In this document: positions 51,775 through 64,000 of the stretch, piece by piece
Position numbering within the stretch: position 1 is the first letter of the stretch
Layout: each line of letters opens with the position of its first letter
Assembly (NCBI RefSeq): GCF_006345805.1
Contig: NC_043017.1
Span: 29,326,001 to 29,390,000 of the forward strand
Origin: Octopus sinensis
Taxonomy: Eukaryota
Direction: 5' to 3'
DNA length: 64,000 nucleotides
Translations under genes and position numbers: made by a program
Notes under the pieces: generated by a model
Seen by the model: only the letters and a program-made list of their open reading frames with translations
Told to the model about the DNA's origin: nothing
The model's database searches: none

Positions 51775-52397
51775 AATTTATCTAGGTCGTCCCACAGGTG
51801 CTCCAAGACTGTTTCCACACGTTTTCTCCCCTCATCTCGATCTTCCAGAATGGTCCTCAGCACCTGTACACCTTCCGTACCAGAACTCTCCAGTAAGTTG
51901 TCGATATAGGTCGTCTTCCACCTTTCTCACCTGGTTCTTCCTTCCGTTGGTTGCCAGAGCACTAGCTTGTTAGCAATTTCCATGGTGTGCCTGATGCAGT
52001 GTCCATCTAGCCTCATCCTTCTATGCTGCATCTTCAATGTTACTCTTGGTAGCCCCTGGTATAAGTCGTTGTTTCTTGTATGACTCTTCCAGAAGACATT
52101 GAGTGCTATTTTAATCATCCTCGTATAACAATCGTCCAACTGCTTCTTCAATGCTTTAGTGAGCGTCCATGTTTCAGCGCCGTATAGACGAACAGACTCC
52201 ACTGTTGCCAGAAACAACCTCACTTTCAATTTCCTTGATAACTTTGAACTCCATACCTTTCTCAATCTATGACATGCGCTCCAGGCAAGAGCTTTCCTTG
52301 CTACGATGTCTTTTTCAGTACTTTGTGTCCACGCACCAAAGTATTTTAAATTTTGAACTATCTTCAGCGACTTACTGTCTCTCACTTTCACTGACAC
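51775..52397 (-). mobile_element. RTE-clade LINE 3' fragment (RT C-terminus)
   Basis: FKYLG-like LKYFGAW, KVRLFLATVESVRLYGAETWTLTK, RRMRLDGHCIRH, TTYIDNL. One stop codon near the end. Confidence 0.9.
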
Positions 52398-53039
52398 GGG
52401 TAAGCTCTGTTTTCTTTTTGCTACAGTAATATCCTATCTTTCCCGATTCCCGCTCTAATCGCAGAAGAATTCTATGAAAATCGAGACATTATATTGTGAA
52501 ACAAATTTTTTACTTGTTTTCGGCCAGTAAGTGTTAAATCCTATTTGCTTGTATTTAGAAATAACAGGAAATTATTAATATTCCCGTCTAACTTAGCTTT
52601 TTTGACCTGGATATAAATGGTCAAATTTACAGAATTTCAAATCCCGACCGGGAAACTTCTAACTTGTCGAGCTGTCCTTTCAAATAGCACTCAAATCTCC
52701 ATCAAAACAAGTTCTCTGCAGCAAAAAAACATATATATATATATATATATATATGGCAATTATTCTGTAGCCATGGCTACCGAATAATTGTCACATATTA
52801 TATTTACAGATAAATTCCTCTATTTACATAATATTGAGGTTTCTTTCATTCTTTTGTCGTCTTGGCATTTCTATCAATATATTTCATTTACTTATAGTTA
52901 AAAAAAATACAAATTTCCACACGAGAACACGGGATTTCTGCCCTTGGCATGTAGCTTCAACCGTGTTTTCTGACGTGAATTTGCTACCCGGGTATCGGTT
53001 AACTGAATTATCCATACTAGGATAATTCATTCACCTACT

Positions 53040-53070
<31 letters not shown>

Positions 53071-53879
53071 GATATTAAATTTTTAAATATCGCTTGACCG
53101 CAACAAAAGAAGCTAAAAGATGAAAGACTGGTTGTGGTTTTGTGTTCATTTGACCATATTACGCAATGCTGTTCAACAGTGTCTGGGTTTCCACAAACAT
53201 TGCAAGAATAACCAGATACCAAATACAATAGTGACATGACAATTTTAAATGTTTACCATCGTTTGCTCTCATATAAATGACACTATACGAATTTATAACT
53301 GAATGCTAACATTTCCTTCATTTCAAGGAAGCTACTATCACTGTGTTACGACGATTGAATTACCGAAAATGTCCTCTTTACATTTATCGATGTTATCAAA
53401 AGATTCAGAACCCGTAGAAACGCCCATTCGTGTTCATAATATAATTATTTGTTAAAATCTTTAGTAACTAAATCGTCACCAAATCTCAGTCTAGACGTGT
53501 CGTATGAGTTTTTGTATCTCATCAAATCAGCTACAACACCAAGTCTCGTTAATTTCATTTATAATGTATTAGTTGACGTGTGATGCATTTGTTCGTCTAT
53601 AGTTTACTTCAAAATCGTCTGGGCCACAGCAACATCTGTTCAATATTTTTCACCTGCCTATATGTCACTGTCAAATATTGCTTTTCCTCGGTTATTTTCT
53701 AAGAAATTCTTTAAACAATCGTATTGTTCGGAAACCAATTGAAAACCAGCGTACAATATATGCCCTTATTTAGTGCTACCTTAATCACTATTTGAGAATC
53801 TATGGTAAGGTCTACGTTTATAAATAACAGGTAAATGGTTCACCATAACACCTCGTTGATTTGATCATAAATAGGTTAA

Positions 53880-54380
53880 TTAAGGAAACAAGAGGAAAGA
53901 ATCTTTAGCGCGCTGGACAAATTGCTTTGCGGCATTTCGTCTCGCTTTTCGGTTCTGATTTCAAAATACAGTGAGATCGAATTTGCCTGTCATCCTTGCG
54001 GAGTCGATGAAATAATTGCCAGTTGTGCATCGGGGTCAATGTAATAGACTAGACCCTTCCCCCAAATTTCAGGACTTGTACCTATAGTAAAAAGGATTGT
54101 TATAAATAGGCACTTTAAATGATTATTATAAATAAGCTCTTTAAATGATTGTTATAAATAGGCTCTTTAAGACGGCGAGCAGACTTAATACTTAGTATGC
54201 AGAACAAAATGCATAGAAGCATTTCATTCGCCTTTACATTCTGATTTCAAATTCCACCGAAGTCGTCTTTGGCTTTCATATTCTCGGGGTCGATGTTACA
54301 ATAAGTAACAGTTGAGCACTGGGGTCACTGTAATCGATTTGCCACTTCTCCAAAATTTCAGGCCCTCTGCCTATAAAGAT
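53880..54380 (+). mobile_element. Two degenerate SINE-B copies (53880-54100, 54168-54380)
   Basis: Diverged family match. Confidence 0.7.
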
Positions 54381-54937
54381 TAGGAATAGGTTTTTTGAGC
54401 CTTTGGTGGCATTGCGAATAACGTCCTTGCGCTACAAAGTTCAACATCCAACGTAAAACGTTCAAAGACCAGCTAAGGCCCTGCGAAAACCTGCTGTCAA
54501 ATTTCTTTCAGATACAGACTTAAATGCAGAAATATTCCTTTGAAAAACGTCGTTACAGAACGTTTCACAAAATCAAGGACGAAAATCACGCGGCTGTAAC
54601 AGCCGTAAGATTGTAAATATGCTTCTTGAAGTTTGACCTCAGATCAAACGATAACCCCGACAGAAACTTCAAAGCAGCCATATACCATAAGATCACCATT
54701 GCACCAATGACAAAATAGATTTATATGCTGACAAGTGTTCGGTCTGCATTAAGTGGCATCATGTAAATTTTTTTATGTGAAGAGAAATTAGACATTTACT
54801 TCACGAGAAGCAACATGTTGCACCGGGTACTATGATAAGGAGGATATATATTATGTATCAACACAAACACTCCCTCATACACACGTACATGTACGCATAT
54901 ACACATACATATATGCACACATATATACATACATACA

Positions 54938-55170
54938 ATAAGGCGGCGAGCTGGCAGAAGCGTTAGCGCGCTGGGCGAAATGCTTAGCGGTATTTCGTCT
55001 GTCGTTATGTTCTGAGTTCAAATTCCGCCGAGGTCGACGTTGACTTTCATCCTTTGGGTGTCGATAAATTAAGTACCAGTTTCGCACTGGGGTCGATGTA
55101 ATCGACTTAATCCCTTTGTCTGTCCTTGTTTGTCCCCTCTATGTTTAGCCCCTTGTGGGCAGTAAAGAAA
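54938..55170 (+). mobile_element. SINE-B monomer of the subfamily that forms concatemers
   Basis: Full head through the tail TTGTGGGCAGTAAAGAAATA. Confidence 0.88.
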
Positions 55171-55411
55171 TACATACATTCATACACACATACATTCATA
55201 TACACGTACATGCATGCATGCATACATCTCACATGTATTGATGTGCTCACACATATTTATGTATGTGTATGTATACGCACGCCCACATGGTCTATTTCTG
55301 TGTTTGTTTTCTTTGCTTCTACGGAGACCTTCCCTCGCTGGCCGAAAGTAAATGTTTCCATTGTTATGTATACCAAGATCCGTGAAAACGTTTTTACGAT
55401 GAAAGCCCTTC

Positions 55412-55552
55412 GCTACCAAATCTACGCACGAGGCTTTGGTCGGCACGAGGCTATAGTAGAAGACACTTGCCCAAGGTGCCACGCAAAGGGGGTGAACCCG
55501 GAACCATGTGGTTGGTAAGCAAGCTACTTACCACACAGCCACTCCTGCGCTT
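55412..55552 (-). mobile_element. SINE-A head
   Basis: Family consensus match. Confidence 0.85.
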
Positions 55553-56186
55553 ATGCATAAAATTATAAGAGAAAATAATAGAAATATTAAAATTACTATG
55601 TCTCTATAAAAGAGATTACGGCAGCGTTTACTGGAAATTAATTGTTATCGCCATATTAATATGGCGTTCTTATAGATTTAAGAATAATCGCTGCCGCTGG
55701 TCAGCTCCATTAATATGGCGATAAGAATTAATATAAGAGAAAACTTTTCTATATAATGTCGTTTCTATATAAATCTAAATTGTTCAATACAGCATTTATA
55801 TTATACAGTAGTCGGCGATTTTTAGGAAATGTGGTGGCGATTTTCAGCAGCCTGGATGACATATTTCAGCTCCTTATTAAATTATTTATTGAGACTATTT
55901 CTTCCTTCTCATCCACCTTCGTCGATGTCCATTCTTTTCCACTCTCTCTCCTTCTGTCATATTAATATCTTCAGAGGAAGTAGCTGAGTTAACAGGATAG
56001 TTTCTTATTTCTGTTATTTTACACGAAGTTGCTGCCATAAGAGAGTGATGTTCGAAGGTGGATTGTTTGATTACATATATATAATGGACGAATAATTACT
56101 ACTATTAGATTTCATACCAAATACAAACCCACTGTTAGCGAATACGTTACATGTAATATGCATGTCATACATACAAATCAATATTT

Positions 56187-56569
56187 ATACTCTTTTACTC
56201 TTTTACTTGTTTCAGTCATTTGACTGCGGCCATGCTGGAGCACCGCTTTTAGTCGAATAAATCGATCCCAGGACTTACTCTTTATAAACCTAGTACTTAT
56301 TCTATCGGTCTCTTTTGCCGAACCGCTAAGTTACGGGGATGTAAACACACCAGCATCTGTTGTCAAGTGATGTTGGAGGGGGGTGACAAACACAGACACA
56401 CAAACACATATACATACATACGACGGGCTTCTTTCAGTTTCCGTCTACTCACAAGGCTTTGGTCGGCCCGAAGCTATAGTAGCAGGCACTTGCTTGTATG
56501 TATGTATATGGATATATGCATGTGTTTGTCTGTACCAAGATATATACACACACACACACATGTACGCGC

Positions 56570-56605
<36 letters not shown>

Positions 56606-56785
56606 ATATAAACTTGATTCGGTTACTAGAGTGTGGTCATGCTGGGGCTTATGTATATATATGCATGTATTTGTGTGTATATAGTAGAAGACACTTAGCC
56701 AAGGTGCCACGCAATGGGGATGAACCCGGAACCATGTGGTTGGTAAGCAAGCTACTTACCACACAGCCACTCCTACACCTATGCA
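56187..56785 (-). mobile_element. SINE-A interrupted by an insertion of about 190 bp
   Basis: Tail 56187-56490, head 56683-56785. Confidence 0.8.
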
Positions 56786-57664
56786 TAAAATTATGAGAGA
56801 AAACTTATAGAAATGCGTATTTTTTCTCTATAGAATTATTTTGTCATATGCTAAAACTTCTAATAGCTAAAGCAGCACCATATTTTTTTTTCTGGAGACA
56901 TGGAGTTTGTAGATAGTTCCATTCGATAAATACGTTTTGTTATCTCGTTACATCTTAGAAAAATTCGTCTTGTTAATTCCACTTATAATTCTATAGGTTG
57001 CCGTGCAATAAGCTATATCTGTCTGCTCATTACTTTAGAATAGTCTGCCTGACAGTTGCATATGTTCACCACATTGCACCTGTCTTCATTATATTCTCAC
57101 CGTTTGTTTTCTAATGCCGCTATAAATATCTACATCAGCCAATATATAATATTTCATATTTATTTGGAGCTTCTTACATTATTACATTGGAAAGCTTCGT
57201 GCAGCGATGACTTCATAACAAAACAAATTTGAAGCTGTATCGCATAATTGTTATAATTAATATTAGTCCTAGACTAGTTTTGTCTTTGCTTTGTCTTTTC
57301 ATATTCCTTGCTACTTAATTGTTTCTTGTTAACTTTTCCAAAGACATTCCGCCTTCTCTGTGTTAACACAAGCTTTGCTATCGCAGTTCGAAAAGTTAAT
57401 ATTAAAAGCAGTAAGTTTTGCTTGTAATTCTTTTATTCTGACGTGAGAGAAATATATCTAGTTTAGTGATAAAGTTAATGCGAGTAGACATATTCATATA
57501 AGCATGTATAGATGTAGAACTAAAATGACATCATATGTGGTTTTCAACTCGCAATAACCACGCCTATGCGCAAAGCTGCATTTTATAAACATGACCATCA
57601 TTTTATGTGTGTATAACAACAATCAGAGCAAGAATTACAATAGAGAACTATTTTTCGTTGTTTT

Positions 57665-57955
57665 CAATACATACATGCCTACATACATACATACATACAT
57701 GCCTACATACATACATGCCTACATACATACATGCCTGCATACATACATGCCTGCATACATAAATGCCTGAATGCCTACATGCATACATGCCTACATGCAT
57801 GCATGCCTGCCTACATGCATGCATGCCTGCCTACATGCATATATTCCTGCATGCATATATTCCTGCATGCATATATTCCTGCATGCATACATACATGCAT
57901 GCATACATACATGCCTGCATGCATGTATGTATGCATACATGCATGCCTACATACA
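57665..57955. repeat. (ATAC)/(ATGC)/(CCTG) tetranucleotide tract
   Basis: Direct inspection. Confidence 0.9.
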
Positions 57956-58058
57956 GACAGAGACATACATACGTACGTACATAGATATATATATATACAC
58001 ACACACACCTATATATTTATACATACATACATTTACAGTACACACATATATGCATATA

Positions 58059-58444
58059 AAGTAGAACCTCGCAGAACGAGTGCCCCATTGTACGAGTAAT
58101 TTGCTTCACGAGCGGAGAATCATGTGAATTTCCGTCTTGAACTACGAGCAGAAATCCGCCGTACGAGCACACAAATTGTCCCATCTTTAAGCTAATTCAG
58201 TTAATAAAACCAGTTTACCTATTTCCTTTGTATTCTCTTTTCTATAATTGTCATTTTACTTGTAATTACATCTTTTCTGTTTTAAAACCAATAAAAAAAT
58301 TACTTTTGAGTGGTTTTGGGCGGCTGGCACGGATTAATTATATTTTAGTTAATTTCAATGGGGAAAATGGATTTGTAAAACGAGTAAATCGTAAGACGAT
58401 CTCGGTCATGGAACGAATTATACTCGTACTGCGAGGTATCACTG
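58059..58444. mobile_element. Tigger/pogo-like MITE
   Basis: Termini AAGTAGAACCTCGCAGAACGAG and CTCGTACTGCGAGGTATCACTG, with TA flanks. Confidence 0.72.
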
Positions 58445-58639
58445 TATTAGAATTATTCGCTGGATCCAATAATATCCAATAGTAATAATAAAGGCACAAA
58501 GGTAAATTCCAGGACTCCTGAAGAAAATGGTTACTTGAATGATGTAACTGTTTTGTTCATCAATTAAAACAACAAGTCTGAAACAACTGTAGGGAGCATC
58601 AGCCCATTTGTGTTACGATATAGATACATACATACATAC

Positions 58640-58685
<46 letters not shown>

Positions 58686-58739
58686 TACATACACACAAAC
58701 GTACACACATACACACACACACACATATATATATATATA

Positions 58740-59085
58740 TTCTACTTGTTTCACTCATATGACTACGACTATAGTTGAGTTATTTTTTAAAGCCTAGTAT
58801 TTATTCCATCGGTCTCTTAGGCGAACCGCTATGTTACGGGAACTTAAAAACACCAACACCAGAGGTCAAGATGTGATGGGACAAAAACAGAAACACACAT
58901 ATACATAGATATATATATACATATTTCAGGTTCCGTCTACCAAATCCTCTCACAAGGCTTTGGTCGACCCGATGCTATAGTAGAAGACACATGCCCAAGA
59001 TTCTTCCAAAATGAAGCTGAACCCAGAATCATGTGGCTTGAAATCAATCTTCTTATCCGCAGCCACGCTTGCCTCTGTATATACC
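58740..59085 (-). mobile_element. Old, degenerate SINE-A
   Basis: Diverged family match. Confidence 0.7.
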
Positions 59086-59231
59086 AAAAGTAATAGACGT
59101 ACATAAAATGTCACCTAAAGGAGTACGTAAAATGTTGTTATATCCCCCTTCATTTCTAATAATACTCTAATATGTATAAATATATATGTATATATGTATA
59201 ATTATATGTATGTATGTATGTATATATAAAT

Positions 59232-59433
59232 ATTGTTGTATTTCGGAATGATCATTTTGCTAGTTTAGCCAAATAAACACACGCACTATATATTTGGTGT
59301 TACTTTACTTCAGTGTTATTGATTTTTTACATTGATCTTAATCTTATTTCGGCCAGCAAAGTAACACCAAATATATAGTGCGTGTGTTTTTATTGGCTAA
59401 ACTGGCAAAATGACCATTCCGAAATACAACAAT
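59232..59433. mobile_element. Inverted pair of family-3 Penelope-like 3' termini
   Basis: Antisense copy 59232-59355 and sense copy 59356-59433 of the sequence also seen at 25590-25680. Confidence 0.75.
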
Positions 59434-59528
59434 GTCTGTTTCAACAGACGACTTCACTTTAAAAATCTTGTACAACAAATATATAAACGTAAAATAAATA
59501 AGTAAATAAATATTTATATATATATGTA

Positions 59529-59573
<45 letters not shown>

Positions 59574-60542
59574 ATAGGGAGAGAGAGAGAAAAACATAGA
59601 TGAAGAGATAGATATAATTATATAGTTAGATATAGACACACAAGCGTACACATATCTATTATCTAGTTTTACTGGTTTTCAGTTATGAATGTCTCATTCC
59701 CCAATTTAAGTCCGTAGGATTAATTTTAAAAAATACAAAGAAATTATCTTCTGTATCTAGCAAATCGGTCTAGAGCCGGATCAAAGTCTGCCAATTATTG
59801 GCTCAAATAATCGTCATTGTATTGTGCCCCCTCATAATTCATAGTCAAACAAAATTATCTTATATATATAATATATATATATATAATTAAATTCTCTAAC
59901 GGTGACGCATAGACTAACTATCCTGATAGTTCTTCTACCAACTCTGAAGATATGAAATTGATAATTTAAGATTAAAAGCAATCTAATCTCCACAACACCA
60001 TGATTTGTACCTCAGGAATAACATTGTTTAATGTAGCCGATATTTAAAGCGGTAGAATGAGATATGTACGTGATTTAACTGATATTTTCAGTTTGTTGAG
60101 AGACCGTTAGTCAGTTCTTTGTTCTCCATCTGTTTTCACTTCCCATCCCTCGCTTCCTTCTTCGTTTCATCCCATCTCTACACTTTTCCTCCCCTTTCCC
60201 CTCCTCTGTCTGTCTGTCTCTCTGTTTTACATTCTCAGTTCAATATTTTTACAAGAATTAGCGGAATTAACAGAATAGTTAGTCTATGCATCCAACGTTT
60301 GATTCGGTTTGAACTTTTTACTTACTTAGTGAAACTGTACGCCCACCCACCCCAGTAAGAAGTGGTAGTAGACAGCCATTGTAAATAGACCAGTAGCCGG
60401 TCGTCAGTCGGAAGGTCAGAAGGTCGAGAGTACGAGTAGACTGTGTTGATAGTCGTGTCTCTGCTGATATATTAATCATACTGTGATCCTGAGTGGACGT
60501 TTATAACGGTCCAACTTTTCGTATATATGTATATATATGTAT

Positions 60543-60574
<32 letters not shown>

Positions 60575-60583
<9 letters not shown>

Positions 60584-60790
60584 CAAGATGGGACAAGAAC
60601 GCAAAACATTCAGAAGACGATACAAAAAACACGGACAGATCATTCGTAGCCTCTAATCTTCAGTCAAGAACCGGATCATCCTCGCAATTTCGGCTGATTA
60701 ATCTTAAGATTGCTCCAATCTGGATTGACCCAACCCGTACAATGCCAGATAAAACCATCCTATCGGCGTCTTCGCAATATAACAATATCT
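60575..60790 (-). mobile_element. Repeat terminus ending in (TA)n, probably Penelope-like
   Basis: Contains ATCAGCCGAAATTG, similar to family-1 stem II, plus a CTGAAGA, but no clean HHR fold. Confidence 0.35.
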
Positions 60791-61462
60791 TTCAGAGCGA
60801 TAACCGTCGTGAAAAGAGAGATAAAATAATGGCAAAGGACCGATTTACAACACTTAGGGAGAGGGATATCAATTATGGAACTTCGGTTAGGTATTAACAT
60901 TTCAACTCGTTAGCAGCTTTATTAACGAACATGGCCTAGAGTTTAGGACATGTTCAAATCCTTGAACGGATTACGCATTGTGTCCTTGTGCAAGTGAATC
61001 ATTTTAGTTGATTATTCTCTTCTCACCTATAAGGCAAATAATGCAGGGTGCTAGTGGAAACCTCTCCCGTCGAAGCAGTGACATGCCGGACATTTTGCTG
61101 GGTCAAAGTTCAGGAAGGTCAAAGGTTATTTATGTCAGCTCCGGATCACACGGGCACGTAAAACAATTAGCGGAAACAAGATACATGTCAGTATGATATA
61201 CTTTCTTGCAAGTAACGACTAGTTAAGCAGTAAAAACGCGCGCACTCACACACACACACACACACACACAATAAGAGAAGTGGTATAATATAAAGGCAGA
61301 TAGATACACGTTCGGACAATTGTTATGAATAAACTAACTGGAACTAAACATAAAGTCTGAATGTTGTAATTCTTCATTCTCATTATTAACAATACACACC
61401 ACACACACACGCTAACCACTAAACCTTTTAATTTTATTTTCACTCTGTTTATTTCTGTGTTC

Positions 61463-61500
61463 CTTTCTGTTGAAGAGCGTAGGCTCGAAACGTAAAAGAC
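61463..61500 (+). ncRNA. Minimal hammerhead-like motif (family 2) in repeat about 61410-61590
   Basis: CTTT-CTGTTGA-A-GAGC(GTAG)GCTC-GAAACGT-A-AAAG. Core has an A6>T variant. Confidence 0.55.
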
Positions 61501-61782
61501 TTTCTCACTTCGCAAGTGTTAAACTAATACATCTGCTTCTTGTTAGCAGACTCGTCTTCGTCTTTCATTTTGTTAAATTTTTTTGGTAAATTCAAACTAT
61601 ATATACACACACACACACACACACATATCATGTCCTATCATATCATATCGCATTATATATACGATATAACATTGTACATTTCCAAAATAGTTTCCAAGAC
61701 AAATAAAATTATCGTCGTGTCACATTTAAACTACAAGAATAATTTATTGAAACTGTTAAAATTTCTTTTGACACAGATATAG

Positions 61783-62075
61783 GGTAAAGACCCCCTTCGG
61801 TCATGAATGACCATGGGATTGCACCTAGAAAGTTACCCTCCTAGACACCAGTCCGGGCAAGGTTGTTTATGAAGACCAGCAGTCGCCCATGCATACCAGC
61901 CTCCCCTCTCCACGCCACTAGTGTTATCCAAGGAAAGACCAAAGGTCGATACAGCTTGACACCAGTGACGTCGCAACTCATTTCTAAGCTGAGGGAACTG
62001 GAGCAACGTGAAATAAAGTGTGCTCAAGAACACAAACGCAGCCCGGTCCGGGATTCGAGCTCACAACCTCACACA
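61783..62075 (-). mobile_element. SINE-E
   Basis: Reverse complement of the 33985 family. Confidence 0.78.
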
Positions 62076-62186
62076 TATATACGAGCAAGGTATCTGCTGT
62101 AATGTCGCGAATAAAGCAACATATTTTAAAGTTACTACGATGGAGAATCGTATTAACTAAAGCAGAAATGAAATAATCGTTTGCAT

Positions 62187-62668
62187 TACTCTTTTACTTG
62201 TTTCAGTCATTTGGCTGTAGCCATGCTGGAGCACCGCCTTTTACTTGAGCAAATCGACCACAGGACTTATTCTTTCTAAGCCTAGTACTTATTCTATTCT
62301 AACTTGCCGAACCGCTAGGTTACGGGGACGTAAACACACAAGCATCGGTTGTCAAGCGATATTGGAGGCAGAACAAACACAGACATACAAACATATACAG
62401 ACATATATATATTATATATATATATACATATATATACGTGCGTTTATGTATTTATACCTATTTATCTATGTGTATGAAAATAATAATATCAACAATAACA
62501 AGAACATTTTCCTTTTGATATATAATTCATTCGATATATATACATATATACGACGGGCTTCTTTCAGTTTCCCTCTACCAAATCCACTCACAAGGCTTTG
62601 GTCGGCCCGGGGCTATACTAGAAGACGCCTGCCCATTGTGCCACTCAGTGGGACTGAACTCGGAACTA
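62187..62668 (-). mobile_element. SINE-A with an expanded internal low-complexity tract
   Basis: Family consensus match. Confidence 0.85.
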
Positions 62669-62818
62669 TAGCATTCTATTTAATAGGCCAAGTATGATTT
62701 TGACCCAGAATGCAATATTGTCCATTTGCCTCGATGTCTCTTTACCTGTCTGTCTATATACTATATGTCTGTTTCTCCCTGTCTGTTTATCAGTCACTTT
62801 AAAGGAAGACGTACATAT

Positions 62819-63015
62819 ACAGGCGCAGGAGTGGCTGTGTGGTAAGTAGCTTGCTAACCAACCACATGGTTCCAGGTTCAGTCCCACTGCGTGGCATCTT
62901 GGGCAGTGTCTTCTGCTATATCCCCGGGCCGACCAATGCCTTGTGAGTGGATTTGGTAGACGGAACTGAAAGAAGCCTATCGTATATGTATGTATAATAT
63001 ATATATATATATATA

Positions 63016-63064
<49 letters not shown>

Positions 63065-63292
63065 GTGTGTGTGTGTGGTGTGTGTGTGTGTGTGCTTGTG
63101 TGTGTTCCCCTAGCATTGCGTGACAACAGATGCTGGTGTGTTTATGTCCCCGTTTTAGCGGTTCGACAAAATAGTCCGATAGAATAAGTACTGGGCTAAC
63201 AAAAGAATAAGTCCCGGGGTCGATTTGCTCGACTAAAGGACGTGCTCCTGCATGGCCTCAGTCAAATGACTGAAACAAGTAAAAGAATTAAA
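62819..63292 (+). mobile_element. SINE-A, full length
   Basis: Family consensus match. Confidence 0.9.
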
Positions 63293-63463
63293 GAGAGCAT
63301 ACTCACACGCATTCATACATACTTATATGCATGTTAATCAGTATAAACGTTTACTTATACACACAAAAATATTTGTGTGTACATATATGTGTGTATGCAT
63401 ATATATATTTGTGTGTGTGTATACGCATGAATATTTGTATATATAGCGTACCTGGATTTAGGT

Positions 63464-63688
63464 TACTCTTTTACTTGTTTCAGTCATTTGACTGCGGCCA
63501 TGCTGGAGCACCGCCTTTAGTCGAGCAACTCGACCCGGGACTTATTCTTTGTAAGCCCAGTATTTATTCTATCGGTCGCTTTTGCCGAACCACTAAGTGA
63601 CGGGGACGTAAACACACCAGCATCGGTTGTCAAGCAATGCTAGGGGGACACACAGAAACACACACACAGAAACACACACGCGCACACC

Positions 63689-63755
<67 letters not shown>

Positions 63756-63918
63756 GACAGGCTTCTTTCAGTTTCCGTCTATCAAATCCACTCACAAGGC
63801 ATTGGTCGGCCCGGGGCTATAGCAGAAGACACTTGCCCAAAATGCCACGCAGTGGGACTGAACTCGAAACCATGTGGTTGGTTAGCAAGCTACTTACCAC
63901 ACAACCACTCCTGCGGTT
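63464..63918 (-). mobile_element. SINE-A, full length
   Basis: Family consensus match. Confidence 0.9.
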
Positions 63919-64000
63919 ATGTCCGTATTATTTACGTCATCTACAATTCCGATTACTCTCAGATTCAGCGTCCCTTCGTCGTATCTGACGAATGGGTAAG

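Noticed and set aside
54550-54606. GTTACAG/CTGTAAC stem flanking GAAACGTT (minus strand)
   Set aside because: The core is CCGCGTGA and there is no stem II, so it is probably a chance or unrelated hairpin.
55780-55960. PIF/Harbinger transposase N-terminal remnant (minus strand)
   Set aside because: Only vague similarity with several stops, and no TIR/TSD pair could be established.
60640-60680. Hammerhead at CTGAAGA-TTAGAGGCTA-CGAAT (minus strand)
   Set aside because: Lacks GAAA, a closing stem II pair and a stem I.
815-63822. Most ORFs in the supplied six-frame track (YI/CV/HT-rich)
   Set aside because: They are translations of (TA)n, (TG)n, (CA)n and (CTAT)n tracts or of SINE consensus, with no splice or homology support.

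Overview
AT-rich, microsatellite-dense animal genomic DNA. The SINE set matches what I recall from octopus genomes, so the species call is an inference. The window lies inside a minus-strand ionotropic glutamate receptor gene, most like the kainate/GRIK type. Three consecutive phase-0 exons of the amino-terminal domain are present (34417-34587, 15607-15759, 11642-11746), with canonical AG/GT sites and introns of 18.7 kb and 3.9 kb. I found no other exons. The rest is intron. It holds about 45 tRNA-derived SINE copies or fragments from at least six families (my labels A-E and P), RTE LINE remnants, a deleted mariner, several MITEs, a probable Penelope GIY-YIG remnant, satellites and many fold-back inversions. 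The most interesting signal is a set of minimal type-I hammerhead ribozyme (HHR) folds in several unrelated repeat termini. One family is fused behind a tRNA-derived Pol III head, giving a SINE that carries a Penelope-type hammerhead. One inverted insertion breaks at the predicted ribozyme cleavage site. Almost all ORFs in the supplied track are microsatellite artefacts.
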